Assembly (NCBI GenBank): GCA_040752575.1
Contig: JBFMGK010000003.1
Span: forward strand, 64,001-128,000
Direction: 5' to 3'
Length of the DNA stretch: 64,000 nucleotides
From: Candidatus Bipolaricaulota bacterium
GTDB taxonomy: Bacteria; Bipolaricaulota; Bipolaricaulia; UBA7950; UBA9294
The position numbers and the translations under genes were made by a program. The notes under the pieces are model-generated. The model made no database searches. It was not told the origin of the DNA and was given only the letters and a program-made list of their open reading frames with translations. Shown one piece after another: positions 1 to 7,414 of this stretch; positions within the stretch are counted from its first letter, which is position 1; every line of letters begins with the position of its first letter.

Positions 1-1
1 G

Positions 2-1093
2 ACAACGGGAAACGCCAAGGGCGCCATGTTGAGCCATCGGAACATCGCGTCGAACGCCCTCGCCGCCGTCAAACTCGTCGACTTGTCGCCGGAGGATCGC
101 TTCGTCTCCATCGTCCCGTGGAACCACATCTACGGGCTCACGATCACGCTCATCTGCCCGATCGTTACGGGCGCTTCGACAACCTATACGCCCGTCGACC
201 GCAACCTCACGGACATCCTTCGCCGCGCGCGGCCGACGATCCTCCTCGGCGTGCCGAAGCTGTATAACGTTCTGTACGGGAGAATCCGCGAGTCGATCGA
301 CAAGAGCGCCCTGAAGCGAGCGATCTTCAGGATGTCGCCCACCCTCATGGGACGCCTCGTCCGGAACAAGCTGTTCGGGCGCCAGTTCCGGTTCTTCACC
401 TCGGGAGGAGCTCCCTTGAACCCCACCGCCGCCGCGGGCTTCCGCCATCTCGGGCTTGGAATCCTCGAAGGGTATGGCCTCACCGAGACCTCGCCCCTCC
501 TCACGATGTGCGAAGCGTTCGACGAACTCCCCGGAATGCGGGCGATCGAGAACGTCGAGATCCGAATCGACCACCCCGACGACAACGGCGTCGGCGAGGT
601 GGTCGCGCGAGGCCCGAACGTGATGGCCGGCTACTACAAGAATCCGGAGGCGACGGCCGAAGTCCTCGAGCAAAGCGGCTGGTTCCACACCGGCGATCTC
701 GGCACCTACCAGGATGGGCGGCTCGTCCTCTGCGGCCGGGCCAAGAACGTTATCGTCCTCGAGACGGGCAAGAACGTCTATCCAGAGGAGATCGAGTGGG
801 AGCTCGTGACCATCCCGGCGATCGACGAGGTTATGGTCTACGAGGGCGAGCGCCAAGGCGCGCCCAGCGTCTGCGCGCAGATCTACCCGAACTGGACATA
901 CCTCAAGGCGCACGGGATCCAAGAGCCCGAAGCAGCTCTCGACGTCCTGTGGGATGCCGTGAAGGAGAAATGCGAGAATCTCGCGATGTTCAAGCGCATC
1001 AAATACAAGGAGTGCTTGACTCTGGTCGAGCAGCCGTTCGAGAAGAGCGTCAAGCTCGACATCAAGCGACACCTCTACAGATCGCCGCAGTGA
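2..1093 (+). CDS. Long-chain fatty-acid--CoA ligase / AMP-binding enzyme, 5'-truncated by the window edge
   Basis: Frame is open from position 2 and reads TTGNAKGAML (AMP-binding P-loop); also EGYGLTET, GWFHTGDLG and GRAKNVIV motifs. Confidence 0.9.
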   Translation, partial: TTGNAKGAMLSHRNIASNALAAVKLVDLSPEDRFVSIVPWNHIYGLTITLICPIVTGASTTYTPVDRNLTDILRRARPTILLGVPKLYNVLYGRIRESIDKSALKRAIFRMSPTLMGRLVRNKLFGRQFRFFTSGGAPLNPTAAAGFRHLGLGILEGYGLTETSPLLTMCEAFDELPGMRAIENVEIRIDHPDDNGVGEVVARGPNVMAGYYKNPEATAEVLEQSGWFHTGDLGTYQDGRLVLCGRAKNVIVLETGKNVYPEEIEWELVTIPAIDEVMVYEGERQGAPSVCAQIYPNWTYLKAHGIQEPEAALDVLWDAVKEKCENLAMFKRIKYKECLTLVEQPFEKSVKLDIKRHLYRSPQ

Positions 1094-1107
1094 CCTAGGA
1101 GATCACC

Positions 1108-1139
1108 CGAGCGCGCCCCGCCTTCCTGGGGCGCGCTCG
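1108..1139. terminator. Hairpin between convergent genes, probable bidirectional terminator
   Basis: Perfect 12-bp stem CGAGCGCGCCCC/GGGGCGCGCTCG with an 8-nt loop; no U-tract. Confidence 0.55.
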
Positions 1140-1144
1140 TCGGT

Positions 1145-2488
1145 CTACGGACGGTCCGGCGCCAAGGTTTCCTCCCGAGCCAGCGCGCGAAGTCGGCGCA
1201 GGCGCTCGCGGATCGCCGCCTCGCTTCCGTGCGACGTCGGCCGGTAGTAGTCGCGGTCGGACAACGCGGGCGGGAGACAGCTCATCGGCGCTACGCCGCT
1301 CTCGTAGTCGTGGGCATAGCGATATCCTGTCGAGAAGCCCAAGTCGCGCATCATCGCCGTCGGCGCGTTGCGGAGGTGAAGCGGCACCTCCTCGACAGGA
1401 CTCTCGGTCACATCGCGGCGCGCAGCGCCAAGGCCTGTGTAGAGCGCATTGCTCTTCGGAGCGACCGAGAGGTACACGGCAGCTTGGGCCAGCGCGAGGT
1501 CGCACTCGGGGAGCCCCATGACCTCGACAGCCTTCCACGCGGCGACGGCCTGCTCGATGCCGCGCGGATCGGCCAACCCGACGTCCTCCGAGGCGATGCG
1601 GAGCAGGCGTCGCGCGATGAACCGCGCGTCCTCGCCTCCCTCCAACATTCGCGCAAGCCAATACAGTGCAGCATCGGGGTCGGAGTTGCGGATCGACTTA
1701 TGAAGCGCCGAGATCAGGTTGTAGTGCTCGTCGCCCACTCGATCGTAGCGGAAGCCCTTCCGCTGGACGGCTCGCGAAACGGTGTCTTCGTCGATCTTCG
1801 CACCGCTGGCGATCGAGGCCGAGAGATCAAGCGCCGTCAGAGCGCGACGCGCGTCGCCGTCCGCGGCGGCCAACAAGAGCTGCCGCGCCTTCTCGGTCAG
1901 TGTGTACGCGCCGGCGAGTCCGCGTTCGTCACCGAGGGCCCGCTGGATGAGCGTCTCGAGGTCCGCCTCGTCGAGCGGCTCGAACGGAAAGAGCTGGCTG
2001 CGCGACAACAGCGCCGACGTCAGGGCAAACGACGGGTTTTCCGTCGTCGCGCCGACGAACATCACGCTTCCCTCCTCAAGATACGAGAGGAGCACGTCCT
2101 GCTGCGCGCGATTGAACCGGTGGATCTCGTCGAGGAAGAGAAGATCGGGCCGGCCGCCGGAACGCCACCGAACGCGGGAGGCCTCCAACACCGCGCGCAC
2201 GTCACGAACGCCGGCGAGCGCCGCCGAGAGGTGGACGAACCGCGCCCCCGAGCGCTCCGAGAGGATGCGCCCGACGGTTGTCTTGCCCGTTCCCGGCGGC
2301 CCCCAGAAGAGAAACGCGCGACACATTCCCTTCTCGATCGCCGCGCGCAACGGGCCGTCCTTGCCCAGGAGCTTCCTCTGACCCGCGACCTCGTCGAGGG
2401 ATCGTGGCCGCATCCGTTCGGCGAGGGGGCGCTCTCCGGTCGAACCCGGTTCGCCCATGGAAGTCTCCGGCTCGAACAACGAGGCCAT
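1145..2488 (-). CDS. rarA: Replication-associated recombination protein A (MgsA/RarA AAA+ ATPase)
   Basis: PLAERMRP, GPPGTGKTT, DEIHRFNRAQQD, GATTENPSF, ISALHKSIRNSD, ASEDVGLAD, VPLHLRNAPT, YRYAHD. Confidence 0.97.
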   Translation of the reverse strand: MASLFEPETSMGEPGSTGERPLAERMRPRSLDEVAGQRKLLGKDGPLRAAIEKGMCRAFLFWGPPGTGKTTVGRILSERSGARFVHLSAALAGVRDVRAVLEASRVRWRSGGRPDLLFLDEIHRFNRAQQDVLLSYLEEGSVMFVGATTENPSFALTSALLSRSQLFPFEPLDEADLETLIQRALGDERGLAGAYTLTEKARQLLLAAADGDARRALTALDLSASIASGAKIDEDTVSRAVQRKGFRYDRVGDEHYNLISALHKSIRNSDPDAALYWLARMLEGGEDARFIARRLLRIASEDVGLADPRGIEQAVAAWKAVEVMGLPECDLALAQAAVYLSVAPKSNALYTGLGAARRDVTESPVEEVPLHLRNAPTAMMRDLGFSTGYRYAHDYESGVAPMSCLPPALSDRDYYRPTSHGSEAAIRERLRRLRALAREETLAPDRP

Positions 2489-2588
2489 GATGCGATCGTA
2501 GTCGTTCCGGCCTTGCGCTCCAAGGCCGTTTGCGCAACGCCCACATCGGCCGACGTGTCGCCGGAACCCGCTTCCATGCGGCGTTGTC

Positions 2589-2618
2589 TTGACAGCGCGT
2601 CAAGGTCTCCCATACCAT
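2589..2618 (+). promoter_or_regulatory. Sigma70-type promoter of the tRNA cluster
   Basis: TTGACA (2589-2594), 18 nt, TACCAT (2613-2618), 8 nt before the first tRNA. Confidence 0.6.
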
Positions 2619-2626
2619 CGGCACGC

Positions 2627-2698
2627 GGGTCGTTAGCTCAATGGTAGAGCAGCGGACTCTTAATCCGTTGGTTGGAGGTTCGAGCCCTCTACGGCCCA
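2627..2698 (+). tRNA. tRNA-Lys(CTT)
   Basis: Cloverleaf with acceptor GGGTCGT/ACGGCCC, D-arm TAGCTCAATGGTAGAGC, anticodon loop CTCTTAA and T-loop GTTCGAG; CCA not encoded. Confidence 0.95.
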
Positions 2699-2717
2699 CA
2701 GCTCGAGCGAGAGGGGC

Positions 2718-2791
2718 GGGTCGTTAGCTCAGCCGGTTAGAGCACCTGACTTTTAATCAGGGGGTCGCTGGTTCGAGTCCAGCACGACCCA
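2718..2791 (+). tRNA. tRNA-Lys(TTT)
   Basis: Acceptor GGGTCGT/ACGACCC, anticodon arm CCTGA-CTTTTAA-TCAGG, GGTTCGAGTCC; CCA not encoded. Confidence 0.95.
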
Positions 2792-2797
2792 TTGTTG

Positions 2798-2826
2798 TTG
2801 GAACGGTGCCTCGCCGAGCCTATAAT
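2798..2826 (+). promoter_or_regulatory. Internal sigma70-type promoter upstream of tRNA-Glu
   Basis: TTGGAA (2798-2803), 17 nt, TATAAT (2821-2826). Confidence 0.55.
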
Positions 2827-2837
2827 CCGGCGCGTTG

Positions 2838-2913
2838 GTCCCCATCATCTAGTGGCCCAGGATACCGGGTTTTCATCCCGGCGACAGGGGTTCAAATCCC
2901 CTTGGGGACGCCA
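2838..2913 (+). tRNA. tRNA-Glu(TTC)
   Basis: Acceptor GTCCCCA/TGGGGAC, anticodon arm CCGGG-TTTTCAT-CCCGG, GGTTCAAATCC, encoded CCA. Confidence 0.95.
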
Positions 2914-2951
2914 GGGCGAGTCCTTGCGAGCGTGCAGGCTCTCGCTATAAT

Positions 2952-3024
2952 GGGCGAGTAGCTCAGCTGGGAGAGCATCCGGCTTACATCCGGAAGGTCG
3001 CAGGTTCGAGTCCTGTCTTGCCCA
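2952..3024 (+). tRNA. tRNA-Val(TAC)
   Basis: Acceptor GGGCGAG/CTTGCCC, anticodon arm TCCGG-CTTACAT-CCGGA, GGTTCGAGTCC. Confidence 0.95.
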
Positions 3025-3036
3025 GAGAGCACCCAC

Positions 3037-3112
3037 GGGGGCGTGGTCTAGTCAGGTCTATGACGCTGGATTGTCACTCCAGAGATCGCCGGTTCAAATC
3101 CGGTCGTCCCCG
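3037..3112 (+). tRNA. tRNA-Asp(GTC)
   Basis: Acceptor GGGGGCG/CGTCCCC, anticodon arm CTGGA-TTGTCAC-TCCAG, GGTTCAAATCC, G discriminator. Confidence 0.95.
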
Positions 3113-3121
3113 CTCGTTCGT

Positions 3122-3197
3122 GCCGAGGTAGCTCAGTTGGTAGAGCACGGCCCTGAAAAGGCCGGTGTCCCCAGTTCGAGTCTGGGCCTCGGCACCA
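3122..3197 (+). tRNA. tRNA-Phe(GAA)
   Basis: Acceptor GCCGAGG/CCTCGGC, anticodon arm CGGCC-CTGAAAA-GGCCG, encoded CCA. Confidence 0.95.
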
Positions 3198-3345
3198 TCT
3201 CTTGTCGGACTTTCCCCGCAGAGTGCCGCAACGCTCCTTCTTGAGCACGCTAGCGATCCAACTCCGTAGGGATGAGCGCTCTCGGCGCACCACGCGATAA
3301 TACCCTTCACTACGTCGCTCCAGCTTCTTCGGCAGGGCATCGATC

Positions 3346-3542
3346 TGGGGATAACTCTGTGGACAAGCATGTCGAAACGGCACCGATTGCCCTCTTCCCT
3401 GTGGATAAGTCCCTGAGGTCCACCGGCGGCGCTCCCTCGGAAGCGTCGTGAAGCACGCCGTTCGGCCGGATGTCCCCACGTTGTCCCCATGAGGAGGGGG
3501 AAGGTAAACTCGTTCCAAAGAGCGTTTCAGAGCTTATCCACA
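3346..3542. promoter_or_regulatory. DnaA-box cluster upstream of dnaA (left part of oriC and/or dnaA autoregulation)
   Basis: Perfect boxes TGTGGATAA (3400-3408) and TTATCCACA (3534-3542); near-matches TGGGGATAA (3346), TGTGGACAA (3358), ATGTCCCCA (3470), TTGTCCCCA (3481). Confidence 0.8.
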
Positions 3543-3773
3543 GCCGCAGAAGCCGCCGCACGTTGGTGCGGGCTGGCGCCGGTCCCCAACGCGGAGACGA
3601 GGCCGTCTGCGACACGTGTCCATCAGGGAACTGCGACACGCGGCACTGCGCCGCAGGACGTGCTTCGCGACGCGACTCGGGGCGTCGTGATCCTGCGGGG
3701 GGGCCGGCAACGCCCCCTTGACCGCGCCGCGCCGGCCGCGCTACGCTCCTCCGCACTGTAGGGAGGCGGCTCG

Positions 3774-5126
3774 GTGGGCGATCATCCTGTTGCTGTCTGG
3801 GATTCCGTTCTTTCCGGTCTTCGCGAAGAGATCTCGTCATCGACCTTCGAGACGTGGTTCTCCGACGTGCGTCCGCTCGATGTGGAAGAGGGCGCGCTCG
3901 TTCTCGGGGTCAGCGATCCGTTCAAGAAGGGCGGCATCGAGAGGCGCTTTCGCGAGACGATCGAAGCCCTTGCGACCACAACCTGTCGGCGCCCGATGAC
4001 GTTGGAAGTCCGTGTCGTCGACCAAGCGCAGGGTTCCGGCTTGCCGGCTCTACGCCTCACGCAGGGTCCGGTGGATGCTGCGGGAAGTCTGCCGCTCAAT
4101 CCGGACTACACGTTCGCTGCCTTCGTCCGCGGCGAGAACAATCGCCTTGCCGTAGCGGCCTCCGAGGCGACGGCCGAAGCCGTGGCCCGCGGGGAGGGAA
4201 AACCCTACAACCCGTTGTTCATCTATGGGAGCGTTGGACTCGGGAAGACGCATCTTCTTCAAGCGATTGGTAACCACGTCGCGGAAGATCCGTTGCGCCG
4301 CGTCGTCTATACGACGTCGGAGCGGTTTGCCATCGAGTTGATCAACGCGATTCGCAACAACGCTACGGCCGGGTTCCGCGAGACCTACCGCAAGGTGGAC
4401 TTGCTCCTCATCGACGACGTCCACTTCCTCAAGGGCAAAGAGGCGACCCAAGAGGAGCTGTTTCACACATTCAACGACCTTCACGGCAGCAAGAAGCAGA
4501 TCGTCCTGTCGAGCGACCGCCCGCCTGAGGATCTGTCCGGTCTCCAGGATCGCCTCGTGTCCCGCTTCAAGTGGGGTCTAGAAGCGGACATTCAGCCCCC
4601 CGATTTCGAAACGCGCATGGCCATCTTGCGCGAGAAAGCTTCGGGACGCGGCCTCGACGTTCAGCACGACGTGCTGGAACTCATCGCGCGGCGCATCTCC
4701 TCTAACGTTCGGGCGCTCGAAGGCGCGTTGGTCAAGGCGATGGCCTACGCAGAGCTTCAGGGCGCGCAACTCACGTCGCGGGAACTCGAAGGCATCCTGC
4801 CCAAAGAGGGCCGTCGCCCCCGCCTCACGGTGGGCCATATCAAAGACGAGGTCGCCAATCGCTATCAGGTCTCGCGAGCGGACCTCGAAGGCGCCAGCCG
4901 CAAGAAGGAGATTGCTCAAGCGCGGCAGATTGCGATCTACCTTGCGCGCGAGTTGACCGAGCTCTCGTTCCCTTCTATCGGAAACGAGTTCGGCGGGCGC
5001 GACCACACGACGGTCATGCACTCGTACTCGAAGATCAAGTTGCTTGTTGCCGAAGCCCCTCTTCTGTTCGCAGAGATTGCCGATCTTCAGGAGTCGTTGG
5101 GTTCGCGATACTCGCTCGTCCGCTAG
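3774..5126 (+). CDS. dnaA: Chromosomal replication initiator protein DnaA
   Basis: FETWF domain I, LNPDYTF, YNPLFIYGSVGLGKTHL, LLIDDVHF, QEELFHTFN, RLVSRF, GGRDHTTV; GGAGG RBS before the GTG start. Confidence 0.98.
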   Translation: MGDHPVAVWDSVLSGLREEISSSTFETWFSDVRPLDVEEGALVLGVSDPFKKGGIERRFRETIEALATTTCRRPMTLEVRVVDQAQGSGLPALRLTQGPVDAAGSLPLNPDYTFAAFVRGENNRLAVAASEATAEAVARGEGKPYNPLFIYGSVGLGKTHLLQAIGNHVAEDPLRRVVYTTSERFAIELINAIRNNATAGFRETYRKVDLLLIDDVHFLKGKEATQEELFHTFNDLHGSKKQIVLSSDRPPEDLSGLQDRLVSRFKWGLEADIQPPDFETRMAILREKASGRGLDVQHDVLELIARRISSNVRALEGALVKAMAYAELQGAQLTSRELEGILPKEGRRPRLTVGHIKDEVANRYQVSRADLEGASRKKEIAQARQIAIYLARELTELSFPSIGNEFGGRDHTTVMHSYSKIKLLVAEAPLLFAEIADLQESLGSRYSLVR

Positions 5127-5151
5127 CGCGGGCGTTTCCTGTTCACCCGGC

Positions 5152-5328
5152 TGTGGACGCTGCGGGGACAAACTGGGAAGCGAAAGGCCGCTGCGTCTTG
5201 TCCCCAACCGCCTCCACAGGTTCGAGCCTCTTGCGGGCACGTTGTCCCCACGATACCGCAACAGACAAGGCACTCGACATCGCGCGTTGGCCGGTTTTCC
5301 TCCGAAATCCGAGGCGCTACAACTACAG
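5152..5328. promoter_or_regulatory. DnaA-box cluster downstream of dnaA (right part of oriC, candidate unwinding region)
   Basis: TTGTCCCCA at 5198 and 5242, CGGGGACAA at 5163, weak TGTGGACGC at 5152, and CTACAACTACAG trinucleotide repeats at 5317-5328. Confidence 0.6.
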
Positions 5329-5408
5329 CCTTGTTATCTGGAAAGAGGTCTCTCCTTCAGTCGTTGAACGCGTCGGGGCTCAGGAAGCCATCTCGTTTGG
5401 CGTTCCCG

Positions 5409-5437
5409 TTGAAGCAAGCGCGCAAGAGATCTACAAT
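5409..5437 (+). promoter_or_regulatory. Promoter of hslV-hslU(-thrS), leaderless or very short leader
   Basis: TTGAAG, 17 nt, TACAAT, then 8 nt to the ATG; no Shine-Dalgarno sequence. Confidence 0.6.
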
Positions 5438-5445
5438 CGGCCGTC

Positions 5446-5991
5446 ATGGAACGCGTCCGGAACACAACCATCCTTGCCCTCCACTCTCCGGAGGAGCGGC
5501 GCGCCGTTCTGGCCAGCGACGGCCAAGCCACGTTTGAGACGACGATCATCAAGCAGAACACGCGAAAGGTCTACCGACTGCACGACGACCGCGTGATCGT
5601 CGGTTTCGCCGGGGCGACGGCCGATTGCCTTGCGCTCCTCGACAAGTTCGAGGGCAAGCTCAAGAAGTACGACGGAAAGTTGCGCCGCTCGGCCGTCGAA
5701 CTGACGAAGGAGTGGCGAACCGACCGCATCCTGCGCCACCTCGAAGCCGTGATGCTTACGGTGAGCGAAGAGGGTTTGTTGATGATCTCCGGCGTTGGCG
5801 ACGTGCTGGAGCCGGATGGGGGCGTCATGGGGATCGGCTCGGGGGGCCCGTATGCCCTCGCGGCGGCCACGGCATTCCTCTCTACGCGTTCAATGCCGAT
5901 GGACGAGATCGCCCGGCGATCGCTCGAGATCGCGGCCCAAATCGACATTTACACCAACGATCGGATTGTCGTTGAGACATTGTCTTGGTGA
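5446..5991 (+). CDS. hslV: ATP-dependent protease subunit HslV
   Basis: TTIL N-terminal nucleophile after a short propeptide, DGQAT, GFAGATAD, WRTDRILRHLEA, IGSGGPYA, DIYTN. Confidence 0.96.
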   Translation: MERVRNTTILALHSPEERRAVLASDGQATFETTIIKQNTRKVYRLHDDRVIVGFAGATADCLALLDKFEGKLKKYDGKLRRSAVELTKEWRTDRILRHLEAVMLTVSEEGLLMISGVGDVLEPDGGVMGIGSGGPYALAAATAFLSTRSMPMDEIARRSLEIAAQIDIYTNDRIVVETLSW

Positions 5992-5999
5992 GACGACAG

Positions 6000-7370
6000 A
6001 TGAGTGAACTGCGCGAAGTCGAAGACGAACAGACGATGGTCGGGTTGACTCCGCAAGAGGTGGTCGACGAACTCGACAAGTACATCGTCGGGCAGGTGGC
6101 CGCCAAACGGGCGGTCGCCATCGCCCTTCGCAACCGCCTCCGCTGTCAGTACGTCGACGAAGAGATGCGGTTCGAGATTAAGCCCAAGAACATCCTGATG
6201 ATCGGCCCGACAGGGGTCGGGAAGACCGAGATCTCTCGGCGGCTGGCCCGACTGACGACGTGCCCGTTCGTGAAGGTCGAGGCCACGAAGTTCACGGAAG
6301 TCGGCTACGTCGGACGCGACGTCGAGACCATGGTGCGGGACCTCGTGGACATTGCTGTCGACATGATCCGCGAGGAGGAGATCGACGGCGTTGAAGATGA
6401 AGCGGAGCGGATGGTCACCGACGAGATTCTGGCGGCTCTGCTTCCCCCGGCGCCCGAAAGCGACGCAGAGAGCCAAGAGGGGGCCGACCGAACGCGCGAA
6501 AAGCTTCGCGCCAAACTCGAAGCCGGCGAGCTCGAGGAGCGCTACATCGAGATCACCGTCGAGGAGGCTGTCCTTCCGCAGATCGAGGTGTTCTCCCAGG
6601 ACGGGATGGACCAGATGGGCATCGACATGGGCGATGTCCTCTCGGGTCTTCTCCCGCCCTCGAGGAAGAAGAAAAAGGTCCGCATTCGCGATGCGCGCGG
6701 CATTCTGTTCGAGCAGGTCGTCGACCGATTGGTCAACATGGATGAGGTCCGCCAGGAGGGACTGCGGCTTGCCGAGGAGATGGGGATCATCTTCATCGAC
6801 GAGATCGACAAGATCGCTGCGGGCGGGCGGGAAGAGCAGGGTGGACCCGGCGTGTCGCGACAAGGCGTGCAGCGCGATCTTCTTCCGTATCTCGAGGGAA
6901 CCACGGTGCGGACGCGCTACGGGGCCGTGAGCACCGAGAACATCCTGTTCATCGCCGCGGGTGCGTTCAACATGTCGAAGCCGTCGGACCTGATCCCGGA
7001 GCTTCAGGGTCGCCTTCCCATTCGCGTCGAGTTGGACAGCCTCAGCGCGGGGGACTTCCGTCGCATCCTTACAGAGCCCAAAGACGCGTTGATCTCCCAG
7101 TACAAGGCGCTCCTGGGGACCGAGGGCGTAACGCTGGAGTTCGAGCCCAAGGCTGTCGATGCCATTGCCGCGATGGCCTATGAGCTCAACCAAACCACGG
7201 AGAACATCGGGGCGCGGCGCCTGACGACGGTCATGGAGAAGCTTATGGAAGAGATCTCGTTCGATGCCGACCGCCGCGGCGGCGAGACTATCGTCATCGA
7301 TGAAGCCTACGTAGCCGAACGACTGGCCGGGATTGCGGCAGACCCGAATCTGTCGCGCTACATCTTGTAG
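6000..7370 (+). CDS. hslU: ATP-dependent protease ATPase subunit HslU
   Basis: LTPQEVVDELDKYIVGQ, GPTGVGKTE, EATKFTEVGYVGRD, DEIDKI, LIPELQGRLP, ENIGARRL, LSRYIL; ATG 6000 preferred over TTG 5985. Confidence 0.97.
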   Translation: MSELREVEDEQTMVGLTPQEVVDELDKYIVGQVAAKRAVAIALRNRLRCQYVDEEMRFEIKPKNILMIGPTGVGKTEISRRLARLTTCPFVKVEATKFTEVGYVGRDVETMVRDLVDIAVDMIREEEIDGVEDEAERMVTDEILAALLPPAPESDAESQEGADRTREKLRAKLEAGELEERYIEITVEEAVLPQIEVFSQDGMDQMGIDMGDVLSGLLPPSRKKKKVRIRDARGILFEQVVDRLVNMDEVRQEGLRLAEEMGIIFIDEIDKIAAGGREEQGGPGVSRQGVQRDLLPYLEGTTVRTRYGAVSTENILFIAAGAFNMSKPSDLIPELQGRLPIRVELDSLSAGDFRRILTEPKDALISQYKALLGTEGVTLEFEPKAVDAIAAMAYELNQTTENIGARRLTTVMEKLMEEISFDADRRGGETIVIDEAYVAERLAGIAADPNLSRYIL

Positions 7371-7414
7371 GCGGATTCCTCGGGCGCCTACGGAGCGGTA
7401 CGAAGGAGGCGGGG

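Noticed and set aside
2627..3112. Four of six tRNA genes lack encoded CCA
   Set aside because: Common in many bacteria; CCA is added enzymatically
3198..3345. Integrative element at the tRNA-Phe 3' end
   Set aside because: No integrase and no duplicated tRNA 3' end seen; the adjacent DNA is the DnaA-box region
5446..5466. HslV starting MERVRN before the catalytic Thr
   Set aside because: Short autoprocessed propeptides are known in HslV from several lineages
7371..7414. T-box leader upstream of thrS (and of the glycyl-tRNA synthetase gene)
   Set aside because: Leaders are only about 45-60 nt and lack the GGTGGNACCGCG T-box sequence
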